In this document: piece by piece, positions 37,360-49,904 of the stretch
Layout: every line of letters starts with the position of its first letter
How positions within the stretch are numbered: position 1 is the first letter of the stretch
Source: Azolla caroliniana
Lineage: Eukaryota > Plantae > Polypodiophyta
Reading direction: 5' to 3'
NCBI GenBank assembly: GCA_043228905.1
Contig: JBHGNT010000006.1
Span: 20,150,001-20,214,000 of the forward strand
DNA length: 64,000 nucleotides
The notes under the pieces: model-generated
Database searches by the model: none
What the model was told of the DNA's origin: nothing
Seen by the model: the letters and a program-made list of their open reading frames with translations, nothing else
Made by a program: the position numbers and the translations under genes

Positions 37360-37745
37360 TGTAATATGAAAGATATTATTTTCATTTATTATTTCACTAT
37401 AGGAAATTCATGCATATTCCAGATTACTCTGGAACATTCTAGAAACTTCAGGAGTATTCTTGACAATATTATAAACAGAGGCACATGGCATTATTCAGAA
37501 CCAATTCGGTTCAAGGTCAGTCTTAAGCCTCCTAGTTGTTCTTGTATCTTTCTTCATATAATATAATATACTTCTTGTTGTCATCTTTCTCTCTCTCTAC
37601 TCTCTCTCCCTCTCTTCCCCTTTCATGATTCTCACACACTCTTTCCCTTCTTAGTACTAATCCTTATTCTTCTCCTCTATCTTTAGTACTAATTCTCCTT
37701 GCCTGTAGTATTATCCCTGACAGTTGGCTTAATCTTGTATTAACA
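37360..37745 (+). mobile_element. Probable solo LTR
   Basis: TGTAATA...TATTAACA termini, TATA-like region followed by a CT-rich tract; no clean TSD found. Confidence 0.4.
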
Positions 37746-37892
37746 ATGACATAAACTATCTCCAACACTCTATACTCTTTCCTGGACCTTCTGCAATGCA
37801 TCCCCACGACATCCCCTTGATCCATTTAGTTGACCTAGACTCATCTCTTATACATGTGTTCCACATGATGCGTTCACTTAGCTAGGCAGGTT

Positions 37893-38997
37893 TGTTAGCT
37901 GTAGAGGTAGACTTCGAGTAGGAAGGGGCTGAAAATAGTAGTAATCAGACAATTGTGAAACCGAAGTGGAAAATATGAATAGTCAAAATAGTATATGCCA
38001 AAAAATATAAAGTAGGAAAAATGTAAAATAGTAGGAAGTTAGTAACGGTTTGCCAAACGACAATGTATTTCTTAATGTAACTCTTCCATGTTTCCTATAT
38101 AAAGGGGCATGTGCATTGTACCAATTGTCGGTGGATAGATCATTTTGTAAGTGGATATTAAGTTTAATGGATCTGAATCATACTTGGAGAATATTGTGTC
38201 TACTATATTTCTGTTCTAAGTTCGTAATTTTAAGTGCATTGTGTAGAGCCGATTGGTTGTAGTTGATTCGAACAAGTCTATATAATTATCCATAAAATAG
38301 TCGATCGAATATAAGTTGGGTACTTAATTGCCGAACAATTTCTGAGTGTTAATTTCATACCTCCAACCACAACCTTTGGTGAAGGATACTTAGTGATTAA
38401 GTATCCAACTACGTGTTTCTAGAGAATAGAAACACAATTTGGCAACCATGATTTGTTTTGCGAGAGGCAACAAGTTGCCCAATCATGAAATATTTACTCT
38501 TGCCAGTGAGCTTGGTTTCATGATTGTAAAGAGTTGCGCATGCAGAAGCTCATAAGTTGACAAACATTGTCGGCTAGGCCAGACAACAGAAGATAGTTAG
38601 GAATACACAAAGAGGGAGAATGAGAGAGAGACTGAGTGAGCACACAACAAGAAAAAATTCTATTAAAATGGGTAAATGGGTTCTGGCTGAAACCATATAA
38701 AGAACCGATGCCGGTCAATCAATTTAGAGATCGCGAGAAGGACAATCGGAAAGAAGCGGCAACTATCAAGGGAACGAATCAGAATCTGGCAGATGTCGGA
38801 GAACGTACCGGACCAGAAAGCGACCGAAGTCTGTCGCAAGTACACTAGTGAAGTTTGGCGCAAGGACATGAATGTAAATATGTAACCACACATAAGGACA
38901 AGACAGATGATATGGCCAAGCAATTGACAGAGGCCAAGGGTTGAATTGAAGAACTAGAGGAAGAGTTAAAGCGTGCCAATGAGTTATTGATCGTACA
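37893..38997 (+). mobile_element. Truncated LTR retrotransposon 5' part (LTR ~37893-38436, PBS-like site, start of internal region)
   Basis: TGTTAG...AACACA with TATATAAAGG at ~38096, followed by TTTGGCAACCATG (PBS-like); ends abruptly at the next element. Confidence 0.45.
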
Positions 38998-39182
38998 TGT
39001 AAAAATTTCCAATCTTCTCAAGTGTAGTGCTCATTGTTTCCCCAAATCTTACATTCACATCATCCTCTTCTCAATAACTCCCTGGTCCAAGACCCCAATG
39101 GTCCCGTTCAAGCGAAGCACGCACGCACGCGCATCTTTGCAACATCATTTGGTGAACCCAACGTGAAGAGCGGTAGGGGAGG

Positions 39183-40176
39183 ATGAAGATGGACAAGGAA
39201 TATCTCATGAAGGCAATGTCGAAGTTGATGATGGAATTTTCAAGAGAAGGTAAAAGACGAGATGTGGCCCAACAAGCCGTCGAAAGCGTGGTCGAGAGAA
39301 TCGGCTATTTCGACGGGGGCATAGTCCAAAATTTTCTAGACACCTACAATGTCGAGATGGATTCAAGAGGTGTAAAAGAAGCTATGAGGCTGGAGTACTT
39401 TTGTCGGGTGGTGGCTAAACTGAACTACAAAGAGGTAAAAGAGCTTCAAGAAGCTCATGATTCGTGGGTGACTCTCAACAAGGCTCTATTGGAGGCATAT
39501 GGCTACGAGAGACCGAAGGGACAAAGTTTGTACAAGTTCGACCAATGGGTCATCTATGAAGACCCATCGGAGTGCCATGGATGCGTTTGTTGAGTTTGAG
39601 TGTCGTTTTGCTCAACTCTCAGAGCGGGATCGAAGATTGGTGAGGATGGATAAGGTCTTGTTGTTCGTGAAGTCGATCGATCGAAGGGAAAGGATGGTCA
39701 TTGGACTCAAACTCGAAGAAGATTATGGTGCAAATGGCCTCGCCGAGGATTGGAGAAGAGTGGAAAGGGTATGTCGACAACACGATGAGAGGAAGATGAG
39801 ATTCTCGTCGACAACAACACGACCCATGAGGGATGTTCAAAGGAGAACGGGATGTGACAATACACCACCACCGAAGGAAGAAAGTTCGAACAGGGAAGAT
39901 TCAATACTCAACATAGAAGCCTTAATGAGAGAAGCATTCAAGAACTTAAAGGTGCAAGGTGATGTTGAAGAGGAGCTTAAAGTGGAGCAAAAACCGAGGA
40001 GAACGGTGATCGAGGAAAAAGAGACCTCCCAACAAATATGGGTTAATGAAGTGGCCGATACAAAGGCTCAAGTTTTTTATGACAATACCAAGAGAAACAA
40101 GTCACCTTCTCATATTGCAAAGAAACAAGGGTCAAGGATAAGGCCGAAGACTCGAGAGCGGGAAATGCCGCTCTAA
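39183..40176 (+). pseudogene. Gag-like ORF (one frameshift near 39560)
   Basis: ORFs 39183-39593 and 39499-40176 join: GYFDG..VQNFLD.YN.EM...GV; W..L.KALLEAY; FE.RF.QL...DKVLLFVKS. Lies directly after the PBS. Confidence 0.65.
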
Positions 40177-41629
40177 GAGTGGACAAGCATTTCAGAATAC
40201 ACATTGTGTCCGAAATATCAAGTGATGAAGGTGCAAACGTGAGCAAAGTTTGCGTGATTGAGGGAGATAAAGAGTGTGAGGTCGACGTGGTTGAGGAGGT
40301 AGCCACAAGAAACAACATCGAGACAGAGATGGCTATGGACGAGTCGATGGCAAATGGTCCTGTCAAGACTTTCCCAACACTTGATCTAGAGACTTGGGCA
40401 GTTGCGTCTGAGAGCCAACATGAGACCCAAGAGACGGAAAGCGGTGGGGAAGCAAAGATTGAAGCTAATGCGAATAACAACGTTGAGGGAAAGATGTCTA
40501 TGGATTAGTCGACGATGACCGATGGTGACGAGGTTCTCCCCACAATTGTTCTTGAGACTTTGGCAGTTGTGCCTGAGTGTCAATGTGAGACCGGAGAGAC
40601 GGAAGGTGGCGGCAGGAAATTGAAGGACCGAAACGACGATGACGAGGATGGCCACATACGAAGGGATTCCTCCACACCGGTTTTGGAGACTTCGACAGTT
40701 TTGCTCAAGAGCCAACATAAGACTGGAGAGATGGAAGGTGGCGGCAAGGAGAGGAGGGTTGAAGCCAACGCATACAGAGGAACGGTGGCCAACAAGGAAG
40801 CCAAAAACAAAGCTACAATATAGTTCAATGAAGAGTCAGAGAGCGGCAAGAAAGGAAGAACCGGAATACAATCTGGATGGAAGATGATGCGGTTGGTATT
40901 CCAACCCAAACAGAAGCCGACCCGGACGAGAGTTGATGAACCGGGCCTGACCCAACCGAAACCCGGACGAAAACTGACCCGGATGGAAGTCAATCATCTG
41001 AGTCCGATTCGGCCGAATGCGAATCCGGACGAAGGCCGACCAAGCCAGAAGCTGATTGGTCGAGACAGATCTAGACAGAAGTTGAGTCGGCCTAGACGGA
41101 GGTCAAAGCAGACGAGCCGCGACACCCGGTCGAGGCTGGTGAGCATAAGGAAAGGCAAGCATGAGACAAGAAAGGATGATAAAGGAAAGTTAGGTGACCA
41201 AGGAGATGGCCGAGATGAAGGTGGCACATGCACGAGGCATGAAGCCTTATGCTTGGGTGGAGCAAAGGGAGCCATGACAACCAGACATGGCAATAAAAAA
41301 GGTGAGCAAATGATATGGTGGATCGGATGGCAACAGTAGTTTGGGTAGAAACAAGAGACATTTTCGAAGTAGACGACAAAAAGACGGTGCGGGCGAGGCG
41401 CAAGAAAGGAGGAAATCAAAAACCGCCCACCTTTGACCCCGCCACATCACTCTTTTCTTCTTGGCACATGCCGGAGGATGTGCGGTTTGGTGGGGGTGGA
41501 TGTCGTGATGTTGTGTGTCCAATGGGAGAAATTGTGAAATAGTGTAGTTCCACGCACATTACACAAATGATTATAAATATGAAAATTATCCTAGGGCCTA
41601 GTGGCATTCGAGTGCATATAGAGGGTTGC

Positions 41630-41695
41630 AAGCAAGATTTGAACCTTACACCTCCAAGGTAAAAGACATTTATCTTACCATTAGGGCTACTACCA
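41630..41695 (-). other. tRNA-derived SINE-like head inside the 3' LTR
   Basis: Minus strand TAGCCCTAATGG (A box, 41689-41678) and GGTTCAAATCT (B box, 41645-41635). Confidence 0.5.
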
Positions 41696-42147
41696 AGTAG
41701 TTTACATGTTGTGTATTTCTTTTCATATTCAAAAGGCATAGGAAAACAACCGTACAAAACCGTGTGCACAAAACCATGTTGCAAGCCCATGGTTTTGTGC
41801 ATGCCACAAGAAAAACCATGTGCCCAAAAACCATGGGTCCAAGACCATGGTTTTGTGCATGTTAGAAGCATGGATAGACCTATAAAAACCCTTGTAAGGC
41901 TTGTGTAAAGGGGGGGCTCAATATGTGATATTATCATCATCACTATCACCATCAATATAATAATCTTCTTCTTATTATTCTTGTTTATCTTCTACTCAAG
42001 TGTAAAAATTTCCGATCTTCTCAAGTGTAGTGCTCATTGTTTCCCCAAATCTTACATTCACATCGTCCTCTTCTCAATAACTCCCTGGTCCAAGACCCCA
42101 GTGGTCCCGTTCAAGTGAAGCACACACGCACGCGCATCTTCGCGACA

Positions 42148-43896
42148 ACATTGTTGGTTCTTGCCATAACCAGAATCTCGAACATTATATGCCTCTCCAA
42201 CTTGTGAGGAGACCATCGATTTCCTACGTATTTCTTCACCCAATAGTGCTCCACTTATGTCATTATAGACCAATTTCCTGTTTGGCACACTAGCGCTAAT
42301 AGCAGTGCAAAATGTGTCCCATGAGCTAGGCAATGTGCATAGCAAAAATACAGCTTTCAACTCATCATCCATGGTCATTTTCTGAGCTCGCAACTGCGAC
42401 CATAATGCATCAAACTGATTTAAATGAGACGCAACTCTATCCATATCCTTCATATGAAGGTCATATGGTTTTCTCATCAAATACACCTTATTAGCTGCAA
42501 TTTCCTTCTCATAGGTATTGCATAACTTTTTCCAAAGTTTTTCAGAGTTTTTACTGTCTAAAACAGTAAAGTAGACACTATCCGCCAAGTGCAGTCTTAT
42601 AGTGGACATGGTCAAGGCGTCAAGTTCCTCCCAATCATCATCATCCATGTCATTCAACTTCTTCGCTTTGCCACCCAAAGGCCTCATTTGCTTTCTTTGA
42701 ACCAATACATCATGCATCTTATTCTTCCACAAAGCAAAATTAGATCCATCAAATTTCCAGATCTCAATATGATCTTTTCCCAAAAATGAATAGTTCTTAC
42801 TTGAACTATTGCGACCAACATAAGTGCTACTAGATGCATCCAACATTTCAGACTCCATGGGAGTGAACAACAGTATCGGGCAACAAAAACTAGTAACTGA
42901 CTAGGTTATGGCAAACTGTCAAAAATTGATACCAATATTGTGTCCAACACGCACCAGTGAAAGCATACAACTTCCAAAATATTAGCTGCAAACTGTCAAA
43001 AAAGATTGATACCACTCTTCCGTATAACACGCACCACTGAAAAACATATAATTTCCAAAATGTCAACAATACTGACTAGCATACATCTCCCAAATCACAA
43101 ACTGTAGGCATCTGCTCTGTTATAAATTCACATTGATCCCAAATCTCTCTTCCAAATGTGGCAGGGGTCTCTCCCACCACAGCTTATTTCCACCAGAAAT
43201 GTTTCGCAAATGGGGAATAAATAAAGAGTTTAACCAGGGGAAATACCTGTGAATAGCAGGCTCTTTTCGTCAATGTTGAAGATGTTGGAGATACCCAACA
43301 ACAGGTAGATGCTTTGGCCGGGCCCGATACTCCAACACTCACCACATGAATCTCCTACGTTGCTGCTAAAAGTCTTTGACGCTCGTTGCTTCCAACTCTA
43401 AAGCTTCCTATCACTATCTCCCAAGCTTTGATACCACTGTTACAAATCGGTAGAGCAGAGAACCAAGGGAGAATTGTTCTGTTCTACTCCGAATCGTAAT
43501 GCAAGGACATCAAGGACGAAGGAGCGGTGCTCCTAGGCGAATTGTAGTGTGAACGGCAAAAACAGGGGGGAGCAACATTAGGATACAATTGACAACGCTC
43601 TATATCACAGGAGGGTAGTGGTTACAACAGAGAGGAAAAGGGGGTGAATCTCTGCAACAGTGAGAGAGGGGAACACAACAGAGAGAAAGAAGTCTCTCAC
43701 TCACTCGCTCACACACACTCCAAACTCTCTCTCCACACACTACTAAGTGGAAGACCAGTTTTGGCCTTTTCACACTTAGCATGTATGGGGGATACATGTA
43801 TAACAGGCTCGACTCCATTCTTGTTGATAAGTCCTCAACCCACTTGTCAATCCAAATGGCATTTACTTGTAGACGAAGGTGTCAAACTCTGTCACA
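42148..43896 (-). mobile_element. Truncated Ty1/copia (Tnt1/Tork-like): 5' LTR, PBS and gag
   Basis: LTR ~43438-43896 (TGTTAC...GTCACA); iMet PBS complement GCTTTGATACCA at 43425-43436. Gag ORF 42870 to 42148: KFDGSNFALWKNKM, A.TMSTIRLHLAD, LW.KL..TYE, FLLCTLPSSW. Cut by the gypsy-like element. Confidence 0.82.
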
Positions 43897-44748
43897 AAAG
43901 TTGTCTTATATATGTCTTTATGGCAACCGTGATCTGATTATATATTAGTATTGGGTAGCAGTTTCATTCACTTTACAAAAGTATATACAAATTTTCATTT
44001 CCTTATTTTTCTTTAGTGCTAGTACTATACAAGGCACCCACACCAAACATCAATGTTCGATGGGCGACCACATCCACTTATACCGTCATCTCTGAATCTC
44101 ATTTGTCATCTTCTTTCATGACAATGACTATGTATATCACAACTAAATAATCACTTTATTCCTCAATCACAAATCTTATCAGATGGGTAAATATAATGAG
44201 CTTAGGGCTTGTGAAAGTGAGTAAGGGAAGGACAAAGTGAGTGATTAAGTTAATGGTGGACAGAATGAGGAAGTAAATATAAAAAGCTCATAGTTGTGGT
44301 TTTATACTTCATGTACAAAAGATTTTACAATCGACAATGATGGCATCTTAGATTTCTCAAAAGTTTTTGAAGTCACCCTTCATCTCTTTTCTTGTGCCTT
44401 ACCCAGGTGTTTTGCCATGGGGAACAAGTGTATGACCCTACGCTTAACCATAAGCATTAAATACTCCTTAGGTAGAGTAAAAGATGGATGCATGCGTATA
44501 AATTGACTTTATACATAGAAAAATGGGCACACACTTTCCAAGCATGCAATTTCTTAGACATGTATATGTTGCATCTTCTTAAGAGATGAATAGGGGGGGG
44601 AAAGAAAAATATACCTAATTCCTATCACAAGTTTTCATTTTTTTCCAAAGATTACATATAATTATATCTAAATAACTTGTAAAGATATCTAGTTCCTATC
44701 ACGAGTTTCCATGTGTTTCCAAACTTTCTTTTATGCCACTTGTAAGAT

Positions 44749-45590
44749 TTGAAACTCCAACATCTTTTGTATAAGAAAGCCGCCCGAGAACCGGCTGCTG
44801 CGAAGGTCTGGCACACATTTCAAGTTCCCTCCGCAATAATCACCAAGTTTTGGCAGAAAATCTGGAAGCAACAACACGCGAGGCGAATTACCACTTTACA
44901 ATGGTTGTTAATACATAAGTCCCTACCGATGGGAGCATGGCAACGTGGGAACCTTAGCTCTCCTAATTGTGTAGAGTGCCCACATGCAATAGAATCCATA
45001 CGACACGCTCTGTGGGACTGCCAAACGTCCCATTGAATATGGCGGGGGGTTGGCCGCTTGTTGCAATTATGCCAGGTGCAAGGTTCAATCAAGTGGGGAA
45101 ATATATGTTGGCTATCATGGGAGGCTGCAATTGGCTGATATGAGCATCAAGAGGAGGGGATGACTTTGGTGATAAAAGCACAAGAGGTCCTTTTCTCCTC
45201 CAGCGGCAATGTCCACTCTATTCCTCTTAATGACAAATCTCAAGAGGTGTTGGAATTGGTCAGCCCAATAATCCTTTGGATTCTATGGAAACAACGATGT
45301 AGGCAAGTCTTCTCCAACCAAATCGACCATCCAACAAGGTTACTGCAAGAGATATGGAGTGAAATTGTAGCCACTCTGAAGAGCCAATATGATGGCCTTA
45401 AGGGCAGCTCTGAGGGAGTTGAAAGACAACGCATAGCCTTCATCCAACAATGGTCGTCCTCTCCCTTTCTTGAGTCAGTGGGCATCCACATAAGATGGAA
45501 CTATCGCGTCCCTTTAGGGATTTGTACATAATCGTCTCATTTGTAAAATTTTATAACTAATGGAAGGCGTTTTTTTTGGAAAAGAAAGAA
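44749..45590 (+). mobile_element. L1-type LINE 3' fragment (zf-RVT region and 3' UTR)
   Basis: FWQKIWK...RITTLQWLLIHKSLP...CVEC..AIESIRHALWDC (zf-RVT); LWILWKQRCRQVF; internal stops; A-rich tail at ~45580-45595. Confidence 0.82.
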
Positions 45591-48160
45591 AGAATACAAT
45601 GACAAATTTCTCATTGCTTATCTCTAATGTATTGTATCAAATCCATCCTTGTTATGGCCAAACTTATTAGAAGCCTAATGAAATCCTCGACATATCCAAT
45701 CTCTTTCTTTTAGCCAAACTCTCTCTCCCAAGTTTCTTGCATTTAATCTCTTCCAATCAGAAATCCAATTGATTTCTTCCCAATTAGCATATATGCTTAG
45801 CTACAAAGAGAATCCATCACAATGTAGGGCTTCATTTTGGATTATTACATTTGTAACAACATAAAATAAATTAGCCCTAATCTAACAACTTACATAGAAT
45901 AAATTTTTTTTAAACTTTCAAAATAGGAAAAAAGAGCCCAAAATATCAATCATTGAATTTTTTGTAAGGGAAAGTGATGGAATTTTGTCTTTGTAAAACG
46001 AAAATGTGATTTTTTCTTTTCTGATTTTTAACTAATTGGTATATGTCTAGTATGCACTCAAGAGGTTTGTTTCGTTGGTTGAATAATACTAGGAACTATT
46101 AAAAATGGGCAACAAACCCATAAGGAAAAAGTCTTGATTTTGCATGAGTATCTACTTACTTTAGGTAGTCGGTTTGAAAGACTATGTAAGTAGTCTCATT
46201 TTCTTGATCTTGATCAGAGGGAGATTCCCCGTTTTGTGTATGAGCTTCCTTGTATAGTCTCCTTGTAATAATCCTTCCTAACTAATGGGAAAGTAGCTTC
46301 ATTTTGAAAAGAAAAGAAAAACTTGACCATTGCCTAAATGTCAATGATTCTTGTATGTTGAATATGAGCACCATTAATCATATCATATCTTATAATGAGA
46401 TTTTGGCAAACATAGAATGTCTCACAAGTATTATGCATATAACTTTGTTCTTTGTAAATATCACCATACCCTCTTTGGATTATGTTATGCTTTTTATTTA
46501 TTGTGGTGAACCTTGAGAATAACCAAAGCTATAAAAATAGAGGACAAAGGCACGTGGAAAGTTGCCATAGATTTGGATTTCAGTCTCTCATTCAAAATGA
46601 TGCGTGAGAGTTTGCCAACTTTCCATTAATTGCAAGGGTCTTCTTTCCAATTGAATTTACTAGTTGAAGAATACTTAGAATTAAAAGTCTAAGTACAAGG
46701 CTTTACAAAGGGATTTACGCAATGTCTTGGTTCTAACATAGAAAATATGTCCTTAGCCTGTAAGTTTCAATATTCTTGAAAAGATAAATTTTTCTATGAT
46801 GGTTGAAAAGCGGCTCTTTTAGGTCCACTTCATGCCTTGGAAATAGTAGCACCTCAAGTTTGAAGCTTTAATGCACTCAAACAACTACCATCAAAGTAAG
46901 GAAGTACATGAATATTTTCTATGAAGACTCAAGTTACCAAATTCATCATCCTTGATCAAAATGTGGATATGATATTTCAAGAACCAATCTTAACAAAGGT
47001 GAAGTTATAAGCTTAACGAGTAAGTTAAGAGATGCTTTTGAAATTGATTAACCTAGAGAGGCAATTTGTTGGATGTCCCAAAATCTAGAAATGTGAGACC
47101 CTCTTGACTACCAAACTAGAATATGGTTGATTGCAATCAAGAGTTTCAAATAGCGAACTTGTATAGAGAATATAGCCCCAAGCTGCTATTGCCTCAAATT
47201 TGTATATGAATGTTATCCAATTATTATGGATTACCAATATTTCAAATTATCTCTTCATGAAAAGTCGTAATAGTGAGAGATTGGCCTATCTCTTTCTTCT
47301 TATGGGATATTCTAGACCATTATTTACCCTTAATTATCTACATATATTAAACACTCTTATGTAAATGGGATGTTGTTGAGTAGAGATGCATGTGATGTTA
47401 GAGTTAGGAGCTCCACTCTCTTTCGCAATCTTGCCACAACTTTCTTTTGTTATTTCAATATTGCTACTTCGAGAATAATGTCAACTTCCTTAAATGCAAG
47501 TTTGATATGTCAAGGATGGAGAACATTTTATACAACTTTCCCAAGAAAAATATTGCAAATTTTATTTGTTCCAAAGGTAGATGTAGTTACAAGTTACGTA
47601 ATCATTCTACATGCTATAAGCCTATATGTATTTATGGATACATACACGCTATATATATGGATTATACATACATACATATGCATATGTACATACAAATTTA
47701 CAATACAATACATACATACATACATATGTATGTATTATTCCCAACTAAATGTACCCTTACATGTGAAAATGAGGAAACTAATAAATTTTGAGCTTTAAAA
47801 AATGACATGGTTTTCATCATTTTTGTGTGTAAAATTATCTTGTTTAGTTTTACAGAAATCATACCATAACAACGTGTTTTGATTATTTATTATTATTTTG
47901 TGACAAGGAGTCATCACATTTGACAAAGTTGTAAGAGGACCCCCAATCCATTGTATTGCTTAACTGTGTATTTTGGGTTGTGAAAATTTTGCCACAAAGT
48001 GCTAAAGTAAAGTTGATGGTAAATTTATGGTTACATCTAATATTTGTGCGACAATGATATGTTACAAGGGAATCGACAAAAGGTCGGATGCCTAGATAAG
48101 GTTGTTTGCTTCCTCAATTTTGATAATATAACAATAAATGAAGCAAGTACCCCAAAACAT

Positions 48161-48215
<55 letters not shown>
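48161..48215. repeat. (GA)n microsatellite
   Basis: Direct reading. Confidence 0.95.
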
Positions 48216-49264
48216 AAATTGTCAAGCATGAAGAAAGACCTTCCAAATGGTGCATTATAAATCAATGTATTTGGTTAAAACTTAACACACAATGAATCCA
48301 TCCTCAACAATACTTTGACTAGAAAATATATGACAACATTAAGGTCAAACTTCAATCTTTTAAATGATAACAACCTTGATGGATAATTATACCAGCTCAT
48401 GGAACCTTTAGCAACACGTGTGTTGGACAAGGACATTGGCATTTCTACACAACATTTGATTGTGTGCATGATTCGAGTTGTAAGAATTTGAGATTCAAAG
48501 TGAATCAAAATGGTCGGTCTAGTGGTTATCTACATTGTTATGACGTATGACAAGAAAATCACTTAGTCCAACGAAAGCAGGCATGAGCCGCCATGGTTAC
48601 TAATAAATATGGACTACAAACTATGGTAATGATAAAAACAGATGATGTCCTTTCCCTTATGGATGCCATAAAACCTACAAGCTCGTGGAATATATACATA
48701 AATATAGACAAGACGTACAATACAATGTTCATATACCCAATTCATACGAATTTTCCAACTATATTTCTTCAAAGTAAATTGTCATTGTGGTATAAAACAT
48801 TATTATTTGTAAATTATGAATGGGAATTGTTGATATATGTGGTGTTATTGATGACAAAAAGGTCATAATTTCTCTATTTTCTGGTGCCACAATATCCTCT
48901 CTTCCTTTTTCGATGTTCACATGAGGGCATGCATTTTCGTGTGAATGACAAACAAATAAGTGAGATTCGTTTACCATTTCATTTGATCCCTTGAACCTTT
49001 TACCCAGTTACCATACATTCAATGCACCGAAGCGTCGCTCGACACGGTCGTTAGGTATAACGAAATACCAATGCAATGTGAGAGCCCTACCACACAGGGG
49101 GTGCTAGCTACCTATCCATGATTCACACATATATCCTATATCCACATGTGTGTATGCATGCATGTATGTATGTACACATGCATGCTTTAGGTGGAAGTTT
49201 TGGACGACATTAAACAAGAGAGTGGATGAGAGGTGAAAGTGTCGTTTTCGTGGTGAAGGTGTGA

Positions 49265-49356
49265 CACGTGAGGTGGGGCGAAGGACCACGATTTTGATAA
49301 GGAGATGGGGCCAACTGGTTGATAGGAAGCTCAACACAGTGAAGGTGCGGCACGTG
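49265..49356 (+). promoter_or_regulatory. Two G-box (CACGTG) elements upstream of the CONSTANS-like gene
   Basis: CACGTG at 49265-49270 and 49351-49356, ~550-640 bp before the ATG; function inferred. Confidence 0.35.
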
Positions 49357-49904
49357 ATCAAGTGGGGCAGGGGATGAGGCCACAAGAGAGAGACAGAAAG
49401 GAGATGGGGGGCTAGTCGATCATGATTCATCATCATCATCATCAAAAGCTTGCTTGACTCCTCACTGAGTTCTTTTGTTTTTTGCTTATTATAATTGGTT
49501 ATGGTTAAATCATAGTTTTTTTTTGTTGATTCCTTGGTACCAAGAGTTTTGTTTTTTTTATATTAGTGGTGGAGATTTGTTCCCCTCCACGCTCTCTTTC
49601 ACACACACACACACTCTCTCTCTCTCTCTCTGTCTCTCTCTATGTTCTCTATCTATGTTCTCTATGTTTTACTTTCGATGAATGGGTAAATATCCCATTT
49701 TTTGTTGTAAACCATTTTGTCTCATGGGCCAAATTTGGCCTTAGAAGACGTTAGTTAATATGTATATCTTTCTTTATTTCTTTCTATGTTTCTCTTCTAC
49801 TTATATAAGTTATAACTTATAAGTTATATATATATATAGCCCATGTCCACATTTGGTACCCTGAATTTGGATGTCTGTGGCAGCTTGCTTGACTGTTGCT
49901 TGCC

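Larger units (their letters stand above)
38998..42147 (+). mobile_element. Non-autonomous (gag-only) gypsy-like LTR element with tRNA-Trp PBS
   Basis: Truncated 5' LTR 38998-39144 matches 42001-42147 of the 3' LTR (41501-42147, TGTCG...CGACA). PBS TGGTGAACCCAACGTGAA at 39150-39167; PPT TGGTGGGGGTGGA before 41501. No RT/IN motifs seen. Confidence 0.8.

Noticed and set aside
46560-47290. Possible Penelope-like or other RT remnant (NYYGLP)
   Set aside because: A single short motif with no supporting frame; not enough evidence.
49803-49832. Overlapping palindromes TATAAGTTATAACTTATAAGTTATA upstream of COL
   Set aside because: AT-rich and adjacent to a (TA)n run; easily produced by local slippage or fold-back.
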